From Nanohaloarchaea archaeon B1-Br10_U2g21 (GTDB lineage Archaea; Nanohalarchaeota; Nanosalinia; Nanosalinales; Nanosalinaceae), in NCBI GenBank assembly GCA_001563915.1, contig LKMP01000002.1:1-64000 (forward strand): a DNA stretch of 64,000 nucleotides. Direction: 5' to 3'. A program made the translations under genes and the position numbers. How positions within the stretch are numbered: the stretch's first letter is position 1; every line of letters starts with the position of its first letter. The notes beneath the pieces were generated by a model, which saw only the letters and a list, made by a program, of their open reading frames with translations, made no database searches and was not told the DNA's origin. Below, piece by piece: positions 18,069 through 28,011 of this stretch.

Positions 18069-18182
18069 GTTGGCGACCATAGCGAGGGGGTTACACCCGT
18101 ACCCATCCCGAACACGGAAGTAAAGTCCCTCAGCGATTCGAACAGTACTGCCTTCATGGCGGGACATTCGAAACGTTGCCAC
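18069..18182 (+). rRNA. rrf: 5S rRNA (unlinked)
   Basis: GGCGACCATAGCG...ACACCCGTACCCATCCCGAACACGGAAGTAAAG conserved core, terminal helix TGGCGAC/GTTGCCA. Ends are approximate. Confidence 0.93.
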
Positions 18183-18246
18183 TTATTTTTCCTTTTCCAC
18201 CTACATAAAAAAACAAGAAAATAATACTTTTTCTAGCACAGAAGAA

Positions 18247-19107
18247 ATGAACCTCACACGCACACTGAACAACGCAAAAATACTGGGCCTTTTAACTGGT
18301 ATGACAGGCCTGTTCATAGCAGCAGGATTTCTCATAGGAGGAACTACAGGAATGATTATAGGCCTGTTCTTTGCAGGAATTATGAATTTTGGAAGTTACT
18401 GGTACAGTGACAGAATTGTTCTGAAAATGTATAACGCAGAAAAAGTAAAGCCTGATGAAAGATCTCAACTATACACTTCAGTAGAGCAACTTGCTGAAAA
18501 TGCAGATATCCCTATGCCTGATCTTTACATATCTGATATGAACGCGCCTAACGCTTTTGCAACTGGGAGAAACCCTGAGCATGGTGTTGTCTGCATAACT
18601 CAAGGTCTTCTAAGAAATCTTGAAACGGATGAGATTGAAGCTGTAGTAGCCCATGAACTTGCACACATAAAAAATCGTGATACCTTAATTAATGCTGTAG
18701 TAGCTACAATTGCTGGGTCTATCGCAGTGATAGCCGAACTAGTTTTTTGGTCCGCACTTTTTGCAGGTAGAGATCAAGAGGGGGAATTGCTATCCGCAAT
18801 GGCCTTCATGATTTTGACTCCTTTAATCGCGACCGTGATTAGAATGTCTATTTCGAGAAAAATGGAATTTCGTGCCGACAGTGACGCAGTGAAGATTCAT
18901 GGCCAGAGAGAGGGACTTTCAAACGCTTTGAGAAAAATAAGCTCTGCAAACGAAAGACAAAGGAGAGGTCATAACTCTAAAGTGCAAGAAGCAGGTTCGA
19001 ACATGTTTATTTACAATCCCTTCGCCAGCGACAAATTTACGAAACTTTTCTCAACTCACCCAGATTTAGATTCGAGACTGGAGAATATTGAAGCCTCCAG
19101 TCTCTAA
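18247..19107 (+). CDS. htpX: Zinc metalloprotease HtpX
   Basis: PNAFATGRNP, HELAH, SRKMEFRAD, FSTHP. Confidence 0.93.
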   Translation: MNLTRTLNNAKILGLLTGMTGLFIAAGFLIGGTTGMIIGLFFAGIMNFGSYWYSDRIVLKMYNAEKVKPDERSQLYTSVEQLAENADIPMPDLYISDMNAPNAFATGRNPEHGVVCITQGLLRNLETDEIEAVVAHELAHIKNRDTLINAVVATIAGSIAVIAELVFWSALFAGRDQEGELLSAMAFMILTPLIATVIRMSISRKMEFRADSDAVKIHGQREGLSNALRKISSANERQRRGHNSKVQEAGSNMFIYNPFASDKFTKLFSTHPDLDSRLENIEASSL

Positions 19108-19111
19108 AAGT

Positions 19112-20074
19112 TTAAAGAGAAGTATGCTCACCGACTACTGCATCATTTAAATCCACTTCTTCAAGCTGAGAATTATTATCTATTATTGAATTCCTTATTT
19201 CGCTATCCTCAATATCTACATCGTGGAATACGATGACATTTTCAAGCTTAGAATTCTTGACTTTTGAGTTGCCCATAATGAACACGTTGTCGTTAAGTTC
19301 TGAATCTTCTGTGTCTCCCTTCACAATTTTTTCATCTATAACTGAAGCTTGTGCTTCAAGATATCCTTTAGGTGTGCCGACATCATGCCATTCTCCCTTA
19401 AAGCTGTAAGCATACATATCTGTCTGCTCATGAGCCCACTCAAGAAGCCTACCAGGCTCATCTAAGTACTGTTCTGCTGGCACATCAGTCTTGCTAAAGT
19501 GTTTTTCATATTTTTTAAACAGACTCAGCTGATCCTCAGGATAAAAATAACACGCGGTTGAAGCAAGTGTTGAAGGCGGCTCCTCAGGTTTTTCTTCGAA
19601 CCCTACAATTTTTTCTTTATCTGTATCTACTATACCAAACTGAGAGGCCTGTGCTAGATCATTTACATCAAAAACAACATTTGTAGGCGCATTTTTATCA
19701 AGCGAGAAGTCTACGAAGTCTTTGATTGAAAAGCTATAGTAATTGTCGCCGCCTATAATCAATAGGTCATCTTCAATTTCCTCGTCCTCCAGGATTTTAA
19801 TTATTGCTCCTATAGTACCAGGTTTTTCATCTTCTGAGTCTTGGTCTTCTACAATTATCCTGACGTTATCTCTGCCAGTAAGTTCAATATATTCTTCGAA
19901 ATCATCTGCAAACTTCTTATTAGTAGAAATTAAAACTTCATCAAAATCATCAAGCTCTTCAACAATATATTCTACTATAGGCTTATTTCCTAAAGGTAGA
20001 AGGGGTTTTGCACGGTCCTTTGTGATAGGCCATAATCGGGTTGCGTGACCTCCTGCAAGAATTACTGCTTTCAT
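19112..20074 (-). CDS. Sugar-phosphate nucleotidyltransferase (NDP-sugar synthase)
   Basis: ILAGGHATRLWPIT..RAKPLLP, FEEKP, WHDVGT, and a C-terminal left-handed beta-helix-like region. Confidence 0.9.
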   Translation of the reverse strand: MKAVILAGGHATRLWPITKDRAKPLLPLGNKPIVEYIVEELDDFDEVLISTNKKFADDFEEYIELTGRDNVRIIVEDQDSEDEKPGTIGAIIKILEDEEIEDDLLIIGGDNYYSFSIKDFVDFSLDKNAPTNVVFDVNDLAQASQFGIVDTDKEKIVGFEEKPEEPPSTLASTACYFYPEDQLSLFKKYEKHFSKTDVPAEQYLDEPGRLLEWAHEQTDMYAYSFKGEWHDVGTPKGYLEAQASVIDEKIVKGDTEDSELNDNVFIMGNSKVKNSKLENVIVFHDVDIEDSEIRNSIIDNNSQLEEVDLNDAVVGEHTSL

Positions 20075-20106
20075 AATACAAAGTATTACCTTTCAGGTTT
20101 TAAACG

Positions 20107-21081
20107 TTAATCCAGTTCAAAACTGTGTTTTTCAGAACTATCAGCAGCAACCTTAATTTCATCTAGCAACTGACATTTTCTACACAGGTTCCCACTACAA
20201 GGCTCCCCACATTTATCGCATTCTTCAATCTGGTTATCCTTATCGTCCCAGTCAATATTATCTTCTACAAGATCAGAAATCTCTCTACCCTGCGATACTA
20301 TCGAGTATTTAATTCCCGGCATCTCGCTTTCCAACCTGTTAATAAAAGACTTTACTAGCGGTCTAAGAGAGGTTTCCTGCACGTGAGGACATCTATCAAT
20401 AACTCCTAAATCGTGGAGCCTTGAGTACAGTGCGATTTCTTTCTCCATCACATCTCTTAGAGGTTTTATACGCGGCGTGAATTTTTCATGATTAACAGGA
20501 TCTTTTTTAGGGCCTATCCGAGCCATTCGTTTCATATCGCCTTTAATATGATTCATAAGTATGGCTTGAGCTTCATCATCGAGATTATGTCCAATAGCCA
20601 TTTTATCAGCACCGACTTCTCTACAGAGTTTATTCAAGAGATCGCGTCTCATAATCCCGCAGTAAGTGCAGTTACCTTTAGCACCAGCATCAGCCACATC
20701 ATCCATTTTTAAATCATAATAATCGCTGTAACGGCCTATCTTCAATTCTATACCTAACTCATCACACATCTCCTTAGCAGCGCTTATCGACTCATCTCTA
20801 TATGGATCTATTCCTTCATGTACCGCTATCGCTACTATATCTATATCAGGCCTATCTCCAAAAATTTCTACAAGCTGTTCCAGCATAACTGCAGAGTCTT
20901 TTCCTCCTGAGAGGCCTACAGCTATTGTATCTCCTGATTCTACAAGATTTCCTTCTCTTATTGTTTTTTTGACTTTTTTGTTGATATCTATTGAGAAGTG
21001 TTTTTTGCATAATGCTCGGCCTTCATATTCTCGGCATATAACTGCTTCTTTGCCGCATTTGCTGCATTTATCATCCGCCAT
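20107..21081 (-). CDS. ncsA: tRNA 2-thiolation protein NcsA/TtuA
   Basis: N- and C-terminal zinc fingers, SGGKDS PP-loop, CTYCGIMRR, GHNLDD. Confidence 0.9.
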   Translation of the reverse strand: MADDKCSKCGKEAVICREYEGRALCKKHFSIDINKKVKKTIREGNLVESGDTIAVGLSGGKDSAVMLEQLVEIFGDRPDIDIVAIAVHEGIDPYRDESISAAKEMCDELGIELKIGRYSDYYDLKMDDVADAGAKGNCTYCGIMRRDLLNKLCREVGADKMAIGHNLDDEAQAILMNHIKGDMKRMARIGPKKDPVNHEKFTPRIKPLRDVMEKEIALYSRLHDLGVIDRCPHVQETSLRPLVKSFINRLESEMPGIKYSIVSQGREISDLVEDNIDWDDKDNQIEECDKCGEPCSGNLCRKCQLLDEIKVAADSSEKHSFELD

Positions 21082-21143
21082 ATTTTGAAATTGGTCAGAA
21101 AGTTTTTAGTCTTCAACTAATTTAGTTCAGTAAACAGGAATTA

Positions 21144-21800
21144 TTACGAGTTGAGCACTGACCTCAATTCGGCTAGCTCTCTAATCCTATAAGTTGGATT
21201 CAGACCTTCTCTCTCATCATAACTTTGTACCAATACCGAGTCCACTCCCGCATTTTGTGCTGCGTTTACATCTGCAGAAGTATCTCCTATCATAACTGGT
21301 TTATCCGCTCCAATCTCATCAATAGCCTTTTCGAGCATGTATGAATGCGGCTTTTTTCTCTCTATATAAGTTTCAAAGCTATCAAGAGGCAAAGATTTTA
21401 CGACTTCAAACTGTTTTCTAAGATTGAAATGTTTAAGCGTTAGCTGTGTAGTTTTAAGCGGAGCATTCGTTGCCAGAGCAACAGGAACATCCATCTCATC
21501 AATTAGATTTTGTGCTTCCGGGAAAAGCCGGATAGCGCCGTGTTTTATCAAATTAGTTTTAGCATCTTGGACAGCATGTTCTACTTGCAATAGCTCCTCC
21601 ATGCTCATATTTTTTCTCTCCAGTAGCTCTTCTATCTGCGACATCTCAGTAGCCTGCACTACCTGTATAGCATCTTCTTTATCGAAGCTGTAACCTATTT
21701 CTTCTGCTTTTTTCATTCTGATTCTGTCCATCCATAAAAAGTTATTCAGGCCCGAATCAAGGATTACTCCGTCCATATCGAATATTACTAAGTCGTACAT
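21144..21800 (-). CDS. HAD family hydrolase
   Basis: FDMDGVILDS, ATN, KKP, MIGDTSAD. Confidence 0.9.
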   Translation of the reverse strand: MYDLVIFDMDGVILDSGLNNFLWMDRIRMKKAEEIGYSFDKEDAIQVVQATEMSQIEELLERKNMSMEELLQVEHAVQDAKTNLIKHGAIRLFPEAQNLIDEMDVPVALATNAPLKTTQLTLKHFNLRKQFEVVKSLPLDSFETYIERKKPHSYMLEKAIDEIGADKPVMIGDTSADVNAAQNAGVDSVLVQSYDEREGLNPTYRIRELAELRSVLNS

Positions 21801-21913
21801 GCGTCTGAACCATTAGAATTGAATATTTTTAAATCCCCCATCACCCTTCACTATAATATCATTTCAATGCAGCAGAAGCTCGTTAAAGTTAATAAAACAT
21901 ATACCTTCACTGT

Positions 21914-22002
21914 GCCAGCGTGGCAGAGTCTGGCTGAACGCGGCAGATTCGAAATCTGCTGGGGCTTAACGCCCCTCCCCGGTTCAAATCCGGGCGCTGG
22001 CG
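21914..22002 (+). tRNA. tRNA-Ser(CGA)
   Basis: GCCAGCG/CGCTGGC acceptor, GCAGA-TTCGAAA-TCTGC arm, long variable arm, G73. Confidence 0.95.
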
Positions 22003-22100
22003 AGCTTCATTTTTAGTCCTAAACCTCTTACAAGAATTCCAACGCTATTGTTCCTGACCGCCACTCCTTTTAAAGTTTCAAGGCGCTTGTTTAATTCACG

Positions 22101-22457
22101 GTGCATATCACTATGACAGAAGAAGATGATTTTGCAGGTCAAGAATTCGAATCAAACGAAACAGAAGAAACAACAGAAGATGTTGAAGAAGTAGAAGACG
22201 TTGAAGAAGACGTTGAAGAAACTGAAGAGATCGAAGAAGAAACAGTTGAAGAAGAATCGTCAGGAGACGACTTTGACAAACCTGTAAGCGAAGGAGACAC
22301 AGTAGAAGTAGAGATAGAAGATCTAGGAAGTAAAGGAGATGGAATAGCGCGTGTTGAAGGATTTGTAGTTTTCGTCCCTGGAGCTGAAGTCGGAGAAACT
22401 TACGACGTAGAAGTTACTTCCGTTGGGAACAAATTTGCCTTCGCAGAAATAATCTAG
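22101..22457 (+). CDS. TRAM-domain RNA-binding protein with acidic N-terminal tail
   Basis: [35 protein letters not shown]. Confidence 0.9.
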   Translation: MHITMTEEDDFAGQEFESNETEETTEDVEEVEDVEEDVEETEEIEEETVEEESSGDDFDKPVSEGDTVEVEIEDLGSKGDGIARVEGFVVFVPGAEVGETYDVEVTSVGNKFAFAEII

Positions 22458-22460
22458 GCC

Positions 22461-23576
22461 ATGGATACCCTGGTAAGATACTCAGAAATCCATACCAAGA
22501 AAGGTAAATTCAGAAGTCAGCTGCTTCAAATACTGCGGCAACGAGTCCAAGACAAGCTGGAATACGAGGAAATCGGATTCGAAAAAGTATCTGCGAAAAG
22601 AGGCAGAATAATTGTAAGAGGTACTAGCCCAGATAGTGCTGAGAAAATAGCACAATTACCAGGGGTTAGCTCAGCCTCCCACGCAATTGTGACTGATCCC
22701 CATTTATGTAATTTGAAAGAATCCGTACCTTTAGACGTAGGCGAGAGTTTCGGCGTTAGAGTCAAAACTAGAAATATAGAAACATCAAGCAGCGAACTGG
22801 AACAGCAACTAGGATCCTACATACAAAATGAGACTGGCGCCGCAGTAGACCTTGAAGAACCTGAGACTTGGATACGCCTTGAAGTAACCTCTGAAAAAGC
22901 TTATATTTTCACAGAAGTACTTGAAGGTCCTGGCGGCATACCTGCCGCAAGTCAAGGCAAATATATTGCTTTAATAAGCGGAGGAATAGATTCTCCTGTA
23001 GCGGCTTATAAGATGATGGTTCGTGGTGCAGATATTTTTCCAGTATATTTCTATAACAGACCTTATGCGGCTGAAGACCACTTACTAAGGTTTCAGAAAG
23101 TATTAGAAGAGCTAAAAAAATTCCACCCTGGTAAAACTTGGGATTATGCAGTAATTGATATGGAGAAAGCAAACAAAAAACTGCAAGATGTTAGTAAAGG
23201 CCGCATGGTAGTTCATAGACGACTGATGTTTGAAGCTGCAGAAAAATTGAGGCAAGAAGAAGGTTTTGATGGTATTGTCACTGGAGAAGCTCTGGGACAG
23301 AAGTCTTCACAAACTCCTCAGAATTTGTTCACTTCTTCACATGACTTACCAGTTTACAGACCTCTAATTGGATTTAACAAAAATAGTATTATTGAAATCT
23401 CTAAAAGGATAGAAACTTATTCTCTATCTGAGATTAACTCTTCTTGTGCCAGAATGGCTCCAAACAGTCCTTCGACTAATCTAAGTATTGATGATTTAGA
23501 ACAGTTGAAAGATGAAGTCTGTTTTGAAGAATTACTAACTAACATGATGGCTTCCTCTGATGTGAGGCAGAGCTAA
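22461..23576 (+). CDS. thiI: tRNA 4-thiouridine synthase ThiI
   Basis: VRYSEIHTK, THUMP domain, LISGGIDSPVA, TGEALGQKSSQT. Confidence 0.9.
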   Translation: MDTLVRYSEIHTKKGKFRSQLLQILRQRVQDKLEYEEIGFEKVSAKRGRIIVRGTSPDSAEKIAQLPGVSSASHAIVTDPHLCNLKESVPLDVGESFGVRVKTRNIETSSSELEQQLGSYIQNETGAAVDLEEPETWIRLEVTSEKAYIFTEVLEGPGGIPAASQGKYIALISGGIDSPVAAYKMMVRGADIFPVYFYNRPYAAEDHLLRFQKVLEELKKFHPGKTWDYAVIDMEKANKKLQDVSKGRMVVHRRLMFEAAEKLRQEEGFDGIVTGEALGQKSSQTPQNLFTSSHDLPVYRPLIGFNKNSIIEISKRIETYSLSEINSSCARMAPNSPSTNLSIDDLEQLKDEVCFEELLTNMMASSDVRQS

Positions 23577-23625
23577 AGCTTTAAAGGTAAAAAGGTTTAT
23601 AAGTTATCCGACTTGGTGTTGGAGT

Positions 23626-23913
23626 ATGGGGTTGAAAGAGCGTAAAACAGAGGCCGAAGCAGTACTTGACTCTGCCGAAATGACTATTGAGACTTTTGGT
23701 AGAAGTAGTAAGGCTGCTAGCAAGCTTGAATCGAAAATCTCACAGTTGGAGATGGAGTTACAGGACCCTGATTCCGAGTCTAAGCTGAAGAGTTTGATAA
23801 AAGATGTACGAGACTTGATGGAAGATGTACAAGAATCAGGATCGGAATTTATTCCAGAAGGACCTGAAGAAGCTCCTGGAGACATGATGGATGACGAAAT
23901 GCCTCCTCTGTGA
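23626..23913 (+). CDS. Hypothetical helical protein
   Basis: 95-aa acidic ORF downstream of a TTTATAA box. Confidence 0.65.
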   Translation: MGLKERKTEAEAVLDSAEMTIETFGRSSKAASKLESKISQLEMELQDPDSESKLKSLIKDVRDLMEDVQESGSEFIPEGPEEAPGDMMDDEMPPL

Positions 23914-23955
23914 AAAAGACTAGAACTATAAACACATATTTCCCAATTTTTCTTT

Positions 23956-24540
23956 ATGGAAAACTGTCCTTTCTGTCAATTAATACAGAATCCAGATCAG
24001 TTAATTTTAGTCGGAGAGACTGATAACTTCTATGCTTGGCTTGAAGTAAGCCCCCGAGCTAAGGGCCACACCATGGTTGTGCCCAAGGATCATACAGAAA
24101 ACTTAATGGAATTGGAGCCCTCGGAGTACAAAGAATGCATGAAATTGGTGAGAGAAGTAATGGAGAAAGCAATAGAAGGATTAGGTGCAGAAGGAGTATC
24201 AGTAGCGATGAATGTTATGGAAGCTGGAGGACAAATGCTGCCTCATGCATACATAATTATTTTTCCGCGTTTTTCAGATGACGAATCATCAGGGACTCCG
24301 GCAGGAGCAGCATTTCCTCATAGAGAGGATTTACAGGGAGAGCAAAAATTAAGAGAGATAAGTGATCAGATGACCTCTGTACAAGTAGAATTCGAAACAG
24401 AAGTCAAAGAACCTCATCCCGACTCACAGAAATTCAAAGAAGATTCCAAGAAAAATAAAGAAATAGAAGATGAGAATGAAGACTCTGGAGATGACGGAAC
24501 TAGAACTATGAAGCGCGGACACTCCATTCAGTGGGAATAA
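23956..24540 (+). CDS. HIT-family protein with degenerate histidine triad
   Basis: CPFC, PRAKGHTMVVPK, GQMLPHAYIIIFPR. Confidence 0.8.
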   Translation: MENCPFCQLIQNPDQLILVGETDNFYAWLEVSPRAKGHTMVVPKDHTENLMELEPSEYKECMKLVREVMEKAIEGLGAEGVSVAMNVMEAGGQMLPHAYIIIFPRFSDDESSGTPAGAAFPHREDLQGEQKLREISDQMTSVQVEFETEVKEPHPDSQKFKEDSKKNKEIEDENEDSGDDGTRTMKRGHSIQWE

Positions 24541-24569
24541 ATATAAACTTTTACTACTATATAGTAACC

Positions 24570-24893
24570 ATGAGTTTCTTAGAAAAAATCGGAGTACTGC
24601 CAATAGCTGCTGTTGGAGGCTACTTAGCCTACAAGCATGGAAAGAGCTTAACAGACGAATATAGAGAACCCTTAAGCGCAACTATAGAAGCCACAGAAGG
24701 TTACGAAAATGGAGCTCAAGCACTAGGAGCAGGATTTAATGAACTCCTATATCAAAACGAAGAGAACGAGTCTTTCCTCAGTACTACAGCCAAAACTGCA
24801 GCAAGCGCAAGTCTCCTTGGTTACAGCGCCTACGTTCTCGCAGGAAGACCTAAAATGACTTTTGACGAGGTCGACGAAGCCCTAGAAGAATAA
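24570..24893 (+). CDS. Hypothetical membrane-associated protein
   Basis: ATG 24570 downstream of a TATA-like box, two hydrophobic stretches. Confidence 0.6.
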   Translation: MSFLEKIGVLPIAAVGGYLAYKHGKSLTDEYREPLSATIEATEGYENGAQALGAGFNELLYQNEENESFLSTTAKTAASASLLGYSAYVLAGRPKMTFDEVDEALEE

Positions 24894-24925
24894 TGCTTTT
24901 AACAGTCTAATCTGTCTGTACATAT

Positions 24926-27900
24926 ATGGCGAGTTATAATCCCCAAAAGATAGAGAAAGATGTCTCCACATATTGGGACAATAAAAATGTTAAAGAAAAA
25001 GTCAGAGCCTCAACTCAAGGCAACGAACCCTTCTTTCTAATTGATGGCCCTCCATATCTTAACGGAGCTCCTCACGTAGGACACATGCAAGGAAAAGTTC
25101 TGAAAGACGTAATGCTTAGATTTAAGCAAATGCAAGGTTTTGACGTACACGACCAAGCAGGATTCGATACTCATGGACTACCCAACGAATTAGCCACTGA
25201 GGAAGAGCTTGGAATAGAAAACAAAAATGAAATTGGAGACAGCATATCCGCAGCCAAATTCATTGAGGAGTGCAAAGCCAGAGCTACTTCAGCCAAAGAC
25301 TTATGGGAAGGTGTCATGGATGACCTCGCCGTATGGCAAGACTTTGAAAATCCCTATATGACCTATGATCCAGAATACATCGAAACTGCATGGTGGCTGC
25401 TAAAGAAGACACATGAAAAAGGCCTCCTATACGAAGACGGTAAACCAATTCACTGGTGCCCAAGATGCCAGACTTCGCTATCAGGTTATGAAGTAACAGA
25501 TGAGTATCAACAGGTTGAAGATATTGCAGTTTACGTAAAGTTTCCTCTACGGGACAGAGAGGAAAAAGTCGTTATCTGGACTACGACTCCATGGACAGTA
25601 CCATCAAACATGGCTGTATTTGTACATCCTGAACACGAATACGCAACAGTAGAAGTACAAGACGAGAAACTCATAATCGCAGAACAATTAGTCGACAAAG
25701 TAATGAATACTGCAGGTATTGAGGAAGAAGAATACGGCGTAACAGACACCTTTAAGGGTAAAGATATTGAAGGCCTAAAATACGATACACCCTTCCTTGA
25801 AGAAGTGCCTAAACAGAGAGAACTTGATGAAATTGAAGGAGTCCACGAAGTCCATACCTCAAACAATCTAGTAACGCTTGAAGAAGGTACAGGTCTTGTA
25901 CACGCAGCCACAGGTCATGGACCTGAAGACTATGAAGAGACTCGACCTCTCAACTTGCCAGTCTTTTCACCATTAGATGAAGAAGGAGTATATACCAACG
26001 AAGCAGGGGAGCTTGAAGGATTAAATGTATTAGAAGTAGACCCAGAAATCGAGTCAAGGCTAGGCGATAAGAGCCTGTTGTTTTACAGCGAACCTTACAG
26101 ACACGACTACCCTCACTGCTGGAGGTGTAAAACCGAATTAATTTACAGAGCTGCTGATCAGTGGTTTATCGAGAATGATGAAGTCAAAAAGAGAATGCTA
26201 GAAGAAAACGATGAAGTTAAATGGGTGCCTGAAAACGCCCAGCAACGTTTCCATAACTTTGTTCAGGACTCTCCGGACTGGTGTATATCCAGACAGAACT
26301 ACTGGGGCATTCCTATACCAATCTGGAGAAACGATGAAACAGGCGAGATACAAATAATAGGAAGTTTTGAAGAACTCGAGGAACAAGTTGGGGAATTACC
26401 ACAAGAGTTCGATCCTCACAAGCATGTAGTTGACGAACTCACATGGGAAGATGAACATGGAACTTTCAGAAGAATACCTGACATATTCGATGTATGGTAT
26501 GACTCTGGTATAGCTCCTTTTGCATCACTCCACTACCCATTTAAGGAAGAACCTTTCGAATCTATGTGGCCCATGGATTTCATTACAGAAGGAAGCGATC
26601 AAATTAGAGGCTGGTTCTATTCCCTGATGTTTACCGGCATACTAGGCTTCGATGAAGCACCATACAAACAAATACTGTTCCAAGGCTACGTACTTGACGC
26701 AGAAGGAGAAAAGATGAGCAAATCTCTAGGAAACGTAGTTGATCCCTCGGAACAAGTAGCAGAATATGGTGCCGATTTACCAAGATTCTACCAACTACGC
26801 CTCGCACCTCCTTGGGAACAAAAAAACTACAACGAAGAAGAAATACAAAACGAAATCTACAGATTCTTCTCAGTACTTTGGAACACAAAAGAATTCTACA
26901 AAACCTATGAAAAAGAGCTCGAAAAGCCTGAAGAACTCAAAATAGAAGACCAGTGGATTCTATCTCGTATAAATTCCATCACCTCAGAATCTGAAGAGAA
27001 AATGGAGAAAGGTCATTTCTTCAAAGTCGCTAGAGAACTTGAAAGATTTGTAGTAAACGATCTATCCCGATGGTACGTGAAAAAAGTACGGCCTAGGATT
27101 AAAAACGAGGACAACTCAGCGTTGTGGACACTGAAAAAAGCCATCTATCAAGTTAACCTATTGATGGCTCCTTTCTCACCTTATATCACCGAGAAAATTT
27201 ATCAAGACCTTGATGGAAAAAACATATCAGTACATTCAGAAGACTATCCTAAGCACGAAGAAGAAAGAATAGATGAAACACTAGAAAATGGAATGGAAAT
27301 TGCTAGAGAGATAGTTGAAGAATCTATTAAAATCCGAGATCAGGAAGCATACAATTTGAGATGGCCAGGACGTAGAATAGTCCTCTCCGTAGAAAAAGAA
27401 ACTGAAAAGCTTCTTTTTGAGTTTGAAGATCTGATTAAAGAAATGGCCAACGTAAAAGAAATAGAGTATGGCGGTGTAGCGTCCAATCTCATAGCAAAAC
27501 CTGATTATTCTTCTTTAGGACCCAAATTTGGTTCATCAGCAGACAAAGTAGCTGAGCGAATTGAATCCCTGACCCATAGCCAGATAGACCAGTTGCAGTC
27601 AATTGGAGAGATAGAAGTCGATGGATTTGACATCACTGAAGATGATGTAGAGGTTAGCAGAGAATCACCTGAAGATGTAGGAAGCAAAGCTTTCTCAAAG
27701 GGAGAACTAGTCCTTGATTTAGAGATGACTCCTGAAATCAAGGAAGAAGCGTTTGCCTCAGAACTTGTAAGAGCAGTGCAGCAAAAACGAAAGGATGAAG
27801 GTCTTGACGTTGAAGACAAAGTCGAACTTTCATTAGAACCTCGTTTCAAGAACTTTGAGAACTTGTTTGAACAGAGGATTAATCTAAAGTCGCTAGACTT

Positions 27901-27985
27901 TAAGGAAAAGAGTTTAGAGGTTTCAGGAATGGCCAAGTTTGAAAATGAAAAAACAGAGTTTTCCTTTTCCCAACCTGTAGAATAG
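24926..27985 (+). CDS. ileS: Isoleucine--tRNA ligase
   Basis: DGPPY..HVGH, WTTTPWT, DWCISRQ, EGSDQIRGWF, KMSKS. Confidence 0.97.
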   Translation: MASYNPQKIEKDVSTYWDNKNVKEKVRASTQGNEPFFLIDGPPYLNGAPHVGHMQGKVLKDVMLRFKQMQGFDVHDQAGFDTHGLPNELATEEELGIENKNEIGDSISAAKFIEECKARATSAKDLWEGVMDDLAVWQDFENPYMTYDPEYIETAWWLLKKTHEKGLLYEDGKPIHWCPRCQTSLSGYEVTDEYQQVEDIAVYVKFPLRDREEKVVIWTTTPWTVPSNMAVFVHPEHEYATVEVQDEKLIIAEQLVDKVMNTAGIEEEEYGVTDTFKGKDIEGLKYDTPFLEEVPKQRELDEIEGVHEVHTSNNLVTLEEGTGLVHAATGHGPEDYEETRPLNLPVFSPLDEEGVYTNEAGELEGLNVLEVDPEIESRLGDKSLLFYSEPYRHDYPHCWRCKTELIYRAADQWFIENDEVKKRMLEENDEVKWVPENAQQRFHNFVQDSPDWCISRQNYWGIPIPIWRNDETGEIQIIGSFEELEEQVGELPQEFDPHKHVVDELTWEDEHGTFRRIPDIFDVWYDSGIAPFASLHYPFKEEPFESMWPMDFITEGSDQIRGWFYSLMFTGILGFDEAPYKQILFQGYVLDAEGEKMSKSLGNVVDPSEQVAEYGADLPRFYQLRLAPPWEQKNYNEEEIQNEIYRFFSVLWNTKEFYKTYEKELEKPEELKIEDQWILSRINSITSESEEKMEKGHFFKVARELERFVVNDLSRWYVKKVRPRIKNEDNSALWTLKKAIYQVNLLMAPFSPYITEKIYQDLDGKNISVHSEDYPKHEEERIDETLENGMEIAREIVEESIKIRDQEAYNLRWPGRRIVLSVEKETEKLLFEFEDLIKEMANVKEIEYGGVASNLIAKPDYSSLGPKFGSSADKVAERIESLTHSQIDQLQSIGEIEVDGFDITEDDVEVSRESPEDVGSKAFSKGELVLDLEMTPEIKEEAFASELVRAVQQKRKDEGLDVEDKVELSLEPRFKNFENLFEQRINLKSLDFKEKSLEVSGMAKFENEKTEFSFSQPVE

Positions 27986-28011
27986 AAAAGGTTTGGCCGA
28001 GGATATAAGTT

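Noticed and set aside
17961-18224. 87-aa ORF
   Set aside because: It overlaps the 5S rRNA gene.
21819-22016. 65-aa ORF (also 47518-47796 and 47579-47875)
   Set aside because: These overlap tRNA genes or better-supported CDSs.
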